Positions 27,339-39,068 of a stretch of DNA of 64,000 nucleotides are shown here, piece by piece. Under the pieces are notes generated by a model. That model worked only from the letters and a program-made list of their open reading frames with translations. It was not told the origin of the DNA and did not search any database. The translations under genes and the position numbers were made by a program. This stretch comes from Gemmatimonadales bacterium (GTDB lineage Bacteria > Gemmatimonadota > Gemmatimonadetes > Gemmatimonadales > GWC2-71-9), in NCBI GenBank assembly GCA_036500345.1, contig DASYCE010000031.1, positions 98,728 through 162,727 on the forward strand, written 5' to 3'. Every line of letters begins with the position of its first letter. Positions within the stretch are counted from its first letter, which is position 1.

Positions 27339-27797
27339 GCCCTAGAGATACGATTGGAGGAAAATGATGACATGCGCTCTTCGCCTAACTTCCCCTTCGA
27401 TCCGATCGCCAATGGTGTAAATGATTTGGACATCGTACCGATTGATTGGACGACTGGTCTGCCTCACATCGTCAAATTCCTGAACCGACAGAGATTGGAT
27501 CTCCGACCGATAGCATGTCATGCGGTGTGCCGTGAAGTGGCCAAATCCAGATGGACTGAAAGTTTCAGGTGAAACGCTATTCCAGGATCTGGATGAAGTC
27601 CCTCAACCTTCCTGTTCAGCGGCAGCTAGTTTGCGACTGACTCGCGCCCGTGGGACCCGGATGTACATCAGGATGCCAATCAGGGGACTGAATGCCCTGA
27701 GAATCAGCGTTTCCAGATCATTTGGCGCAGCTGCACCAAATAGCGCCATAACAGATTGCTTCCGCGCTAAATCTTCTATTCCCATTGTCTTAGGAAA

Positions 27798-27871
27798 TAG
27801 CTGGGGCGGGACTCGAACCCGCGACCCCGGCATTATGAGTGCCGTGCTCTAACCAGCTGAGCTACCCAGCC
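27798..27871 (-). tRNA. tRNA-Met (anticodon CAT; elongator-like, though lysidine-modified Ile2 cannot be excluded); no encoded CCA
   Basis: Minus strand: GGCTGGG TA GCTC AGCTGGTTA GAGC A CGGCA CTCATAA TGCCG GGGTC GCGGG TTCGAGT CCCGC CCCAGCT A. This is a full cloverleaf. The anticodon lies at plus 27835..27837. Close to the E. coli elongator tRNA-Met pattern. G1-U72 wobble at the acceptor end. Confidence 0.9.
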
Positions 27872-28005
27872 ATACATACCACTGTACCGCCGCCGAGAAC
27901 TTGGCGGACCGTCAGCCAATCCTCAAGTGGCGGCTGGGTCGGCAACCAAGGGGCATCCGGCCGGGCGAACGGCCCACTCGAGGCTCGAATGCTTAGCTTT
28001 TCTTC

Positions 28006-28218
28006 ATGCCAGCGAAGCCGCCCTCATACTTGATCGACGCCTTCACCGGTTTACTGCTCTATCTCGCGATCACGACCGGCTTCGACGAAATCGCCGGCGA
28101 CCCGATTCGCTGGGGCCGGAGCATCGCCATTGCAACCTTGTGGGCGCTGATCTTTACGGCGCTGCAGATGCGCCGTCGCGACCGCGCCGAACCCCAGGAA
28201 CCCCATGGCACCAAATAG
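28006..28218 (+). CDS. Small hypothetical membrane protein (2 TM)
   Basis: 70 aa. High third-position GC consistent with host coding. Hydrophobic segments AFTGLLLYLAITTGF and SIAIATLWALIFTAL. No SD seen. Confidence 0.4.
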   Translation: MPAKPPSYLIDAFTGLLLYLAITTGFDEIAGDPIRWGRSIAIATLWALIFTALQMRRRDRAEPQEPHGTK

Positions 28219-28234
28219 CCAGTACCTTTCCCGC

Positions 28235-28411
28235 ATGCCCAAACCGACCCGGCAGCAAATCCGCCAACTCTCGATATTCTATGTCGTGGTCCTCATCGGC
28301 GCGGCCCGCTGGCGACCGCAGACCCTTCCGGGGACCGTTTTCGCCCTGATCGTAGTATTCGTTATCGTCCCGTGCCTGGTTTTGAACCGGGTTTCCGCCG
28401 CCGGGCACTGA
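28235..28411 (+). CDS. Small hypothetical membrane protein (2 TM)
   Basis: ORF 28205..28411; ATG at 28235 (MPKPTRQQIRQLSIFYVVVLIGAA...VFALIVVFVIVPCLVL) or at 28205. Weak evidence beyond hydrophobicity and codon bias. Confidence 0.3.
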   Translation: MPKPTRQQIRQLSIFYVVVLIGAARWRPQTLPGTVFALIVVFVIVPCLVLNRVSAAGH

Positions 28412-28496
28412 TCTCCATCGGCAATCCGGACCATCTCGCATCTAGTCCGACCGCTCCCAGCGCATGCCCGCACCGATCCGCGCCTTGTCCTCCCCC

Positions 28497-29121
28497 TCCC
28501 CGACCATGTCCACGACATCCCGGCCTCGTCCCGCGGCGTCCCGGCCCAGTCCACCTGACTCCCGCCCTCGCACTTCTACTTCACGACCATGTCCACCGTG
28601 ATCCAGCGTTGTCCAACACAAACCCGGCCTCGCACTTCTACTTCGCCGCCATGTCCATCGACGCCCGGCCCATGTCCACCCTCGCCCGGCGCATTCCGTC
28701 GGTGACCCGACCTCGGCCCACTTAATTCACGCCCAAGTCCACCATCGCCCACCCTCGTCCATCAACAGCCCGCCCTCGCCCCGATTGACCCGGCCGATGT
28801 CCAGTGTCTCCCGGCCGATGTCCACAGTCGCCCGGCCAATTCCCGCGGCGACCCGGCCCCGGTCCACTGACTTCCCGGCCATGTCCACCGTCGACGCTCC
28901 TTGTCCATCGGATTCCCGGCTTCGGCCAACTACTCCCGGCGATGTTCCAGTGAATCCCGGCCTCGTCCCACTGACTCCCAGCCCCGTCCCACTGACTCCC
29001 GGACCTGTCCATGTGACTCCCGGCCTCGTCCAATAATTCCCGGCTCTTTCCAACTGACTTCCGCCCTTGTCCAACGAACTCCCCGTATTGTCCAGGTGAC
29101 TCCCGGCCTTGTCCCACTGAC
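28497..29121. repeat. Degenerate tandem array with 21-bp period, about 30 units, consensus near TCCCGGCCNNGTCCACNNNGA(C)
   Basis: Phased by hand into 30 consecutive units starting at 28497, 28518, 28539 ... 29101. 25 units are 21 nt and 5 are 20 nt, giving 625 nt. Conserved CCCGG and GTCCA cores at fixed phase. Examples: 28955 tcccggcctcgtcccactgac, 28976 tcccagccccgtcccactgac, 29101 tcccggccttgtcccactgac. No single ORF spans it. Confidence 0.85.
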
Positions 29122-29343
29122 TCACGCGTTTGCCCGCGTGAATACCGACTATCGCAACTTCGGCAACTCCCCTCACACGCCGAGCTGCGACGTTCACACG
29201 TCGCTACGATACCATCCAGATCTCACCATGGGGTTTTCATCAATCGACGAGCGATGACCGCCAAGCATCCACCCAGCCCACGCAGCAGCGTCTCAGGGGG
29301 TGAGCCCGCTACCCGCGGCGAGGGCAAATCATTCGCCCCCTTT

Positions 29344-29568
29344 TCACTCTATCGGTGGTGAGCCGCGCCGCTTCGCCCGCTCGGCGCGCGCCTCTTCGAG
29401 GAAGTGCAGGACCGCATCCTGGTCCGGCGTACGTTGCGACAGATTCCGCATCGCATCAAGCAGTATATCCAGCTCCGCATCGGACCACGCTGCCAGCGAG
29501 TGACTGTTGCCTTGCCGCCGATGCGCTGAACCTCCCGTGTAATCCCCTGCTCCAGATTCGGGCGTCAT
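29344..29568 (-). CDS. Small conserved-motif protein (WSD...DQ...FLE family, paralog of 23733..23960)
   Basis: 74 aa. ATG at 29568 is preceded on the minus strand by GGAGGCGTT-ATG (strong SD). LAAWSDAELDILLDAMRNLSQRTPDQDAVLHFLEEARAERAKRR aligns gap-free with the 23733..23960 product. Confidence 0.6.
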   Translation of the reverse strand: MTPESGAGDYTGGSAHRRQGNSHSLAAWSDAELDILLDAMRNLSQRTPDQDAVLHFLEEARAERAKRRGSPPIE

Positions 29569-29694
29569 AACGCCTCCGATCTGACAGCGACGATGATCGC
29601 GCCGTCAACCGGGGTGACGTCTCAACATCGTGACCTGCACGTTTTTGACAGGTTTGGCCGCAACGTTTTCATCTGCGCGAATTGCACAACACAC

Positions 29695-32752
<3,058 letters not shown>

Positions 32753-32791
32753 CGGCTCGCCTGGATTGTCGCAGCCATTTCCTTCACACAA

Positions 32792-33751
32792 TCAGACCGG
32801 ATGGCGAAAGCCGGCGATCGCGTGAGCGACGCCGCGCAACGTCGTGTGCACGCCGTTCCCCTCGCGCACCGTGCCGATCCGCGTGAGCGCAACACCGGTG
32901 GCACGACGGCAGGCCGGAAATGAATCGAACCCCGCCGGCATCGTGACAAGCAGCTCGTAGTCTTCGCCGCCGGTTGCCGCGAAGACGGCGGGATCCTGGC
33001 CGGCACGCTCCGCCGCTTTCGGCACGCCGGGATGGGCCGGGATCGACTCGAGCGCGATGTCGAGCAGCACGTTCGACGCCGCCGCGAGATGCTCCGCGTC
33101 GCCGCCGAGGCCGTCGCTGATATCCATCATCGCGGTGGCACCGTGCTCGGCGAGCCAGAGCCCGGCGGCGATCCGCGGCTCCGGATGCGCGAAGGCGTAG
33201 CGCGCTTCGGCGTCGGGGTCATGACCAGCTTTCCACGATTCGACTGCTGCATGCGCCCCGCCGAGGCTACCTGTGACCCAGATCCCGTCGCCGGGACGCG
33301 CCCCGCCGCGGCCGATCTCACGTTTGGCGCGACCGAGGACCGTGACCGCGATCGACCAGACCGAACCGCTGGAGAGATCGCCGCCGAGAACACGGGCACC
33401 GACCGCATCACACGCCGAACCGACGCCACGCATCACATCCACGACCATCGCTGCTCCGTCTGCCGACGGCACGATCAGCGCCGTGAGCACGCCCACCGGT
33501 GTGGCACCCGCGGCAGCGAGATCGGATAGCGCGCTCGCCGCGGCGCGCCAGCCGACCTCTTCCATCGAGATCCAGTTGCGCTTGAAGTGGACATTCTCGA
33601 CCGTCGCATCGACCGACACGACGAGAGATCCATCTCCAACAGGAATCGTTGCGGTGTCATCGCCGATCGGCGCCAGCGTATCACCCAGTACCGTGGCGAT
33701 CGCGCGAATCCGGTCGAACTCGCCGCCGGAGCCCAGCGCGACGCGTGTCAT
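32792..33751 (-). CDS. thiL: Thiamine-monophosphate kinase
   Basis: Trimmed to ATG at 33751 (ATGA overlap with the upstream stop). MTRVALGSGGEFDRIRAI...GDDTATIPVGDGSLVVSVDATVENVHF...GGDLS...GGEDYELL is the AIR-synthase-related ThiL pattern. 319 aa. Confidence 0.85.
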   Translation of the reverse strand: MTRVALGSGGEFDRIRAIATVLGDTLAPIGDDTATIPVGDGSLVVSVDATVENVHFKRNWISMEEVGWRAAASALSDLAAAGATPVGVLTALIVPSADGAAMVVDVMRGVGSACDAVGARVLGGDLSSGSVWSIAVTVLGRAKREIGRGGARPGDGIWVTGSLGGAHAAVESWKAGHDPDAEARYAFAHPEPRIAAGLWLAEHGATAMMDISDGLGGDAEHLAAASNVLLDIALESIPAHPGVPKAAERAGQDPAVFAATGGEDYELLVTMPAGFDSFPACRRATGVALTRIGTVREGNGVHTTLRGVAHAIAGFRHPV

Positions 33752-35343
33752 CGCTCGAGCAGGTAGCGGACCAGCCCGCGCCGCGTGCCGATCCAGAGAT
33801 AGTCGTCGCGCACCGCGATCGCGGTGACCTGGTCGGGGATCTGGCTCGGCGCGAGGAGGACGCGAAGCGGCGGTGTCATCGGTCGCACCAATCCGACGCC
33901 ACCGGGGCCGCCGAGCCAGACGCCATCGTTGGTGGCGGCAAATGCCTGCAGCGATCCGAGCGTGCCGGAGAGAACCGGACCCTCGGTCCATCCACCCGAC
34001 ACGGGACTGCGCCAGACCAGCCGATCGGGCGTCATCACCACCATCGTGTCGGCGACGTAGCCGATGCCGAGAATCGGAGTGTTCGCTGCATCGAGGATCC
34101 GATATCCCTCGGCGATCTGGAGTTGATCCGTTCCCGGCATCCACGCGAAGAGGCCGTGCGCGGTGCCGACCCAGAGCGTATCGCCGCGGGAGAGAAGCGA
34201 ATAGACCGGATCAGTGTAGGTCGGAATCGGACGACGGAATCCCGAATCGCCGTGCGCAACCGAGAGGCCGTGCATCGTCCCGGCGACGACAGCGCCGCGA
34301 TGCGTCGCGATGGTGAAGACACGATCGTCAGCAAGGCCGTTGGTTGCGCCGAACCGCGCGACATCTCCGCCGTTGCTGCTGACCCGCACCGCGCCCTGAT
34401 CGGTCGCGAGCCAGATCGCGGCGCCGTCGATCGCAACCTGCCGCGCGAGATTGAACGGAAGTCCAGTGGTCGCGGAGCCGGCGACATCGAGTGATGACGA
34501 GAGGTCGGGGGCAAGACGCGTGAGCGCCGCAGCGTGGCGGAGGTCGGCGTCGGTCTCGACCCAGATTCCTTCGGCCGTCGCGGTGATCGCGCCGATTGCT
34601 TCGCCGCGAAGCCCCAGCGGAATCGGCCGCGCGTCAGAGGCGGTGCGATCGAAGAAGACGAGGCCGCGCGTCGAGGTGCCGAGAAACCAGCCGTTCCCCT
34701 GCGGATCGGGGGCGGCGGCGGTGAGCTGCCCCTGCGTCATCCTGGGGCCGAGGGCAACGTGAGGAGCGAGACCGCGAAGCTGCGGAAGGTCGCGCATCGC
34801 GTCGTCGACCGTCGGCGCATATCGCGGATTCCGCGGCGGCGGCGCCGGTGCCGCGAATCCACCGACTCGCGGTACGCTCACCCATCCGCTGGCGGTACGA
34901 TACCAGACGCCGGCGCCGGGGTTCGAACCTTCAAGCGCGATTGCTTCGGCAGGCGCCGGAAGCGCTCCTTGATCCCAGCGATTGGGAAGCGGATCGTAGT
35001 GAATCCACTGCACACCGGCGGCGAGCCAGAGCGAACGGTCGACTGGATCGACGATCGCCTGGTTCACTCCGCGGAGTGCAGTCGGAGTCGGCGGCGTGCG
35101 CGGCACATCCCAGCGGCGTTCGAGCGGGAGCCAGTAGGCGACCGCATCGGGAAAGACGACGTAGACGCGGTCCTGTGCCGAGGCGATCGCGAGGACGCGG
35201 GAGAAATCACCGATGACGACACGATCGGCGGGATTGAAGCCGTTGACTGGCGTCGGAATCGACGGACCCGGCGCGCCGCCGCACGCGGTGAGGATCAACG
35301 CAGTGGTTGCGGCGAGGAGCGTGGCGCGCGTCGGAGCGATCAT
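33748..35343 (-). CDS. Lipoprotein with beta-propeller (two-component-regulator-propeller-like) repeats
   Basis: The 932-aa ORF-track entry trimmed to ATG at 35343 (ATGA overlap with the nnr stop). MIAPTRATLLAATTALILTACGG lipobox. Repeats of the type DRVFTIATHRGAVVAGTMHGLSV and LWVGTAHGLFAW. The upstream 400 codons are Arg-rich artefact. Confidence 0.65.
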   Translation of the reverse strand: MIAPTRATLLAATTALILTACGGAPGPSIPTPVNGFNPADRVVIGDFSRVLAIASAQDRVYVVFPDAVAYWLPLERRWDVPRTPPTPTALRGVNQAIVDPVDRSLWLAAGVQWIHYDPLPNRWDQGALPAPAEAIALEGSNPGAGVWYRTASGWVSVPRVGGFAAPAPPPRNPRYAPTVDDAMRDLPQLRGLAPHVALGPRMTQGQLTAAAPDPQGNGWFLGTSTRGLVFFDRTASDARPIPLGLRGEAIGAITATAEGIWVETDADLRHAAALTRLAPDLSSSLDVAGSATTGLPFNLARQVAIDGAAIWLATDQGAVRVSSNGGDVARFGATNGLADDRVFTIATHRGAVVAGTMHGLSVAHGDSGFRRPIPTYTDPVYSLLSRGDTLWVGTAHGLFAWMPGTDQLQIAEGYRILDAANTPILGIGYVADTMVVMTPDRLVWRSPVSGGWTEGPVLSGTLGSLQAFAATNDGVWLGGPGGVGLVRPMTPPLRVLLAPSQIPDQVTAIAVRDDYLWIGTRRGLVRYLLER

Positions 35344-36884
35344 ATCGCCCGGGGTGCCGGCAGCTCGACGAGAATCGGCGGGCGGGGCACCGGCGGCGTT
35401 CGTCCCCACGCACGCCAGACATCCTGCAGCCCGGTCACGACGTCCATCGGCCGCATCGCCCGCGCGGTGACGCGGCGTGCAGCGTTGTCGGCCGCTTCGC
35501 CATGGGCCTGCGCGCCGACGGCGGCGGCATCGGGAAGAGGGACCTGCTGCGCCAGGAGCGATGCGATGATCCCGGTGAGCACGTCGCCGCTCCCGCCGGT
35601 CGCGAGACCGGGATTCCCGGCGGCGACGGTCAGCGTCGCAGCTCCTCGCGATGCCACAACGGTCGGCACTCCCTTGAGGAGCACGGTGGCGCCGGTCGCT
35701 TCGGCGGCGCGCTGTGCCGCTTCCCACGGTGCCGTTTCGAGATCGGCGCCGAAATCGGGAAAGAGGGTGCGGAACTCGCCGACGTGCGGCGTGAGCACCA
35801 GCGCCCGATCGGCGGCAAGGGCGGCGAGGGCGGCGACTTCTCCCTTGAGCATGGTGAGTGCATCGGCGTCGATCACGGCGCGCGAAGCGTGATCGAGTAC
35901 CGCGAGGATGAACGGGATGCGTTCCTTCTCGCGGCCAAGCCCGGGGCCGATCGCCACGGCGTCGGCGCGCTTGAGGAGGTCGATGCATTCGGCGCTGAGC
36001 GGCAACGCGAAGTTGTGCGCCAGCGTCTGCACATCGGGTTCGGCGAGGCGGAGCGCCGCGAGTGACTCTTCCGGCGCAATGACGTGCACGAGTCCTGCGC
36101 CCGCGCCGAATACCGCGCGCGCAGCCATTCGAGCGGCACCGAGCATCGCCGGCATCCCGCCGACAATGACGACGCGCCCGCGACTGTTCTTGAAGGTGTT
36201 GGCCGCGAACGGCGGCACGCGCTGACGGGACCACGGATCGTCGACGAGTCGCGACCACGCGGCGTCGGCCGCCGGCAGGCCGATATCGACCACGATGAGA
36301 TCGCCGACCTCGTCGCGCGCCAGGAGATGACCGCGCCGCGCGCCGCCGAACGTCACGCTGCAGTTGGCGTGGAGCGGGCCGTGATGCACGCCGGTGTCGA
36401 GGTCGAGACCGGTTGGTCCGTCGACCGCGACGACAGCAACGTGCAGGTCGACGATTCGCTGCAGCAGCGGCATCATCTCGCCGCGCGGCGCGCCCGTGGC
36501 ACCGGTGCCGAGGAGCGCATCGATCGCGATGCCGACGCCGGGCCACGGTCCGTCGGCGGCGACAAGTCGGACTCCGTCACGCAATGCGGCCGCGCGCGCC
36601 CGGGATGCCGGTCCGTCACTTGGCGACACGAGCTCCGTCACCCAGACGCCGACACCGGCGGCATGCAGCGCGCGCGCCGCGACCCAGCCGTCGCCGCCAT
36701 TGTTCCCGGATCCGCACGCCACCAGCACGCCACGCTGCACCGTCATCGCGAATCGATCGCAGGTGATCCGTGCGACCGCGCGCCCGGCGCTCTCCATCAA
36801 GGCATCGATGCTGGCGCCGGGGGAGGTGGCGGCGAGGTCCCACGCGCGCGACTGCGCGGCAGTGAGGACGGGGACGGGGGACAT
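35340..36884 (-). CDS. nnr: Bifunctional NAD(P)H-hydrate repair enzyme (epimerase/ADP-dependent dehydratase, YjeF family)
   Basis: 514 aa. The N-terminal YjeF_N motif VLVACGSGNNGGDGWVAA. C-terminal carbohydrate-kinase-like motifs AIGPGLG and GGSGDVLTGII. Confidence 0.9.
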   Translation of the reverse strand: MSPVPVLTAAQSRAWDLAATSPGASIDALMESAGRAVARITCDRFAMTVQRGVLVACGSGNNGGDGWVAARALHAAGVGVWVTELVSPSDGPASRARAAALRDGVRLVAADGPWPGVGIAIDALLGTGATGAPRGEMMPLLQRIVDLHVAVVAVDGPTGLDLDTGVHHGPLHANCSVTFGGARRGHLLARDEVGDLIVVDIGLPAADAAWSRLVDDPWSRQRVPPFAANTFKNSRGRVVIVGGMPAMLGAARMAARAVFGAGAGLVHVIAPEESLAALRLAEPDVQTLAHNFALPLSAECIDLLKRADAVAIGPGLGREKERIPFILAVLDHASRAVIDADALTMLKGEVAALAALAADRALVLTPHVGEFRTLFPDFGADLETAPWEAAQRAAEATGATVLLKGVPTVVASRGAATLTVAAGNPGLATGGSGDVLTGIIASLLAQQVPLPDAAAVGAQAHGEAADNAARRVTARAMRPMDVVTGLQDVWRAWGRTPPVPRPPILVELPAPRAI

Positions 36885-36940
36885 GGGGGAAAACTACTAG
36901 ATCCAGGTGGTGCGGGGCGGCAGACGGTCGTTCGACAAGC

Positions 36941-37336
36941 TCAGGACGAGGGGAGCAGCGGCCCCTTGATTTCGTAGGTGCTGTCGAACGCCTCGCAGAA
37001 TTCGTAGACGTCGGAGAAATCCGACTCGGTGTCAGCCGGCTGCGTGGCGAGGAGTTCGATCCCGACGAGCGCGTAGACGATCGCGCCCCAGTCTGCAGTT
37101 GACGAGACATTCCAGCAGGAGAGAACGTGGCGAGCGAGCAACCCGAACCGTTCCTGCGCCAGGTCGCGGCACGCCCACGCCAGTTCGACGCCGCTCACAT
37201 GCCGGCGCACCTCGAACTTCCCCTGCAGGTACTCCACCGCCGCGAGGACGAAGAGATACGCCTTCTCATCGAACTGCTTCCCGCCGCGAGCGTGAATTCG
37301 CGCGAGAACGCCATCGGCGAATTGGAGTTCGTACAT
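36941..37336 (-). CDS. Conserved hypothetical protein (resembles Minf_1886/TIGR04138-type small proteins; from memory, not verified)
   Basis: 131 aa. The start ATG shares 1 nt with the glyA stop (TGATG at 37334..37338). Non-artefactual composition (YLFVLAAVEYLQ...RHVSGVELAWACRDLAQERFG). Confidence 0.55.
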   Translation of the reverse strand: MYELQFADGVLARIHARGGKQFDEKAYLFVLAAVEYLQGKFEVRRHVSGVELAWACRDLAQERFGLLARHVLSCWNVSSTADWGAIVYALVGIELLATQPADTESDFSDVYEFCEAFDSTYEIKGPLLPSS

Positions 37337-38610
37337 CAGATCGAGAAGTGCCAGGAGGGATAGAGCGGAAAGCCCGACGCGAGCGACTCGACATCATGGC
37401 GGACCTTCGCGAGCGAATCGGGATCGCGCGCGGTGAGCGCCGTGTCGATCATCACCGCGATCTGCTTCATCTCCGCCGTCCCCATTCCGCGGGTGGTGAG
37501 CGCCGGCGTGCCGACGCGGATCCCGCTGGTGACGAACGGCGACTGCGGATCATCGGGGATGGTGTTCTTGTTGACGGTGATCCCCGCCACGCCAAGCAGC
37601 TTCTCCGCTTCCTTGCCGGTGAGCGACTTGGCACGAAGATCGACGAGCATCAGATGGGTGTCGGTCCCACCGGAGACAATCGCGAGTCCGCGCTCGATCA
37701 GTGCAGCCGCGAGGACGCGCGCATTCTCCACGACCTTCTGCGCGTAGGTCTTGAAATCGGGCGACAATGCTTCGCCGAACGCGGCCGCCTTCCCGGCGAT
37801 CACATGCTCGAGCGGCCCACCCTGCCCGCCCGGGAAGACCGACTTGTCGATCGCCTTGGCGTGCTCGGCATGGCAGAGAATCAACCCGCCACGCGGTCCC
37901 CGCAGCGTCTTGTGCGTGGTGCTGGTGGTGACGTGCGCATGTGGCACCGGCGACGGATACATCCCGCCGGCGACGAGCCCGGCGAAGTGCGCCATGTCGA
38001 CGACGAGGAACGCACCGACCTCATCGGCGATCGAACGGAACGCCGCGAAGTCGATCACGCGCGCGTACGCCGATCCGCCGGTGACGATCACCTTGGGGCG
38101 CGTCTCGCGGGCGATGTCGCGGATCTGGTCGTAGTCCATCAGCCCGGTGTCGGGGCGTACGCCGTACGAATGCGACTTCCACACCTGCCCGGTGTGACTC
38201 ACGGAGGTCCCGTGCGACAGATGCCCGCCGTGCGGCAGCGACATGCCGAGAAGCGTTTCGCCGGGCGGCATCAGCGCCATGTAGGCGCAGAAATTCGACT
38301 GCACGCCGGAGTGCGGCTGCACGTTGGCATGATCGGCGGAGTAGATCTGCTTGACGCGATCGATCGCGAGCTGCTCGACCTGGTCGACGATCTCGCATCC
38401 GCCGTAGTAGCGCTTTCCGGGATATCCCTCGGCGTACTTGTTGGTGAGGCACGACCCCATCGCTTCGAGGACGGCGCGCGAGGTGAAATTCTCGCTGGCG
38501 ATCAGCTCCAGGCCGTCGCGCTGGCGCAGGAGTTCGCCGTCAATCAGCCGCGCAATGGTGGGATCGGACTGGGAGAGCGGTGCGTCGTGTTCGAGGTGCT
38601 GCTGGGTCAC
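37336..38610 (-). CDS. glyA: Serine hydroxymethyltransferase
   Basis: 424 aa. [40 protein letters not shown] and the PLP-Lys motif [15 protein letters not shown]. Confidence 0.95.
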   Translation of the reverse strand: MTQQHLEHDAPLSQSDPTIARLIDGELLRQRDGLELIASENFTSRAVLEAMGSCLTNKYAEGYPGKRYYGGCEIVDQVEQLAIDRVKQIYSADHANVQPHSGVQSNFCAYMALMPPGETLLGMSLPHGGHLSHGTSVSHTGQVWKSHSYGVRPDTGLMDYDQIRDIARETRPKVIVTGGSAYARVIDFAAFRSIADEVGAFLVVDMAHFAGLVAGGMYPSPVPHAHVTTSTTHKTLRGPRGGLILCHAEHAKAIDKSVFPGGQGGPLEHVIAGKAAAFGEALSPDFKTYAQKVVENARVLAAALIERGLAIVSGGTDTHLMLVDLRAKSLTGKEAEKLLGVAGITVNKNTIPDDPQSPFVTSGIRVGTPALTTRGMGTAEMKQIAVMIDTALTARDPDSLAKVRHDVESLASGFPLYPSWHFSI

Positions 38611-39047
38611 TCGGCGTTCTCGATCTTGGCGATCCGCTTGACGTGCCGGCCACCTTCGAAGGGCGTATTGAGAAAGGTCCGCACGATTTCACGGGCAGTC
38701 CCCTCGTCGATGAAGCGCGACGGCAGGACGAGAACGTTGGCGTCGTTGTGCTGGCGGGCGAGGCGCGCGATATCCGGCGACCAGACCACCGCCGCGCGAA
38801 TCCCCGGATGCCGGTTGGCGGCGTAGCTCATGCCGAGTCCCGAGCCGCAGAGGAGGATGCCGCGGTTCGCTTCCCCCTCCTCGATCTCGCGGGCGACGAC
38901 GTGCGCGTAGTCGGGATAGTCGGTCGGCGCGGTGGTGTGCGACCCGACATCCTCAACGTCGAAGCCCTGCGCGCGGAGTTCGTCCGCGATCATCGCCTTC
39001 ATCTCGAAGCCGGCGTGATCCGCGCCGATCGGTATCCGTTCAGGCAT
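38607..39047 (-). CDS. rpiB: Ribose-5-phosphate isomerase B
   Basis: 146 aa. [11 protein letters not shown]...[24 protein letters not shown]...[13 protein letters not shown]. 4-nt overlap with the glyA start. Confidence 0.9.
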   Translation of the reverse strand: MPERIPIGADHAGFEMKAMIADELRAQGFDVEDVGSHTTAPTDYPDYAHVVAREIEEGEANRGILLCGSGLGMSYAANRHPGIRAAVVWSPDIARLARQHNDANVLVLPSRFIDEGTAREIVRTFLNTPFEGGRHVKRIAKIENAE

Positions 39048-39068
39048 GGGGGAAAGATAAAACCCTTG

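Noticed and set aside
25465-27797. Integrase, transposase or other mobility gene associated with the tRNA-linked islet
   Set aside because: None of the ORFs in or next to the islet shows recombinase motifs. The islet is reported as a decayed or mobilised-in-trans insertion rather than as a mobile element feature.
27520-27852. Plus-strand 110-aa ORF and minus-strand 76-aa ORF (27603..27833) running through tRNA-Met
   Set aside because: They overlap a perfectly folding tRNA. Only the tRNA-free part of the minus ORF (27603..27785) is kept, as a low-confidence observation.
28476-29140. The 21-bp repeat array as a CRISPR array
   Set aside because: The units are contiguous with no unique spacers, and the repeats are degenerate rather than near-identical. 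The unit length is shorter than typical CRISPR repeats, and there are no cas genes in the window.
35344-36546. N-terminal 400-codon extension of the 932-aa minus-strand ORF, and similar long Arg/Ala-rich ORFs (for example 514..1698 -, 13372..14763 -, 18634..20052 -, 44262..46502 -, 56270..57967 -, 51573..53534 -)
   Set aside because: The composition (poly-R/G/A/P) lacks domain-like motifs, and they overlap well-supported genes on the same or opposite strand. This is typical open-frame noise in about 70% GC DNA.
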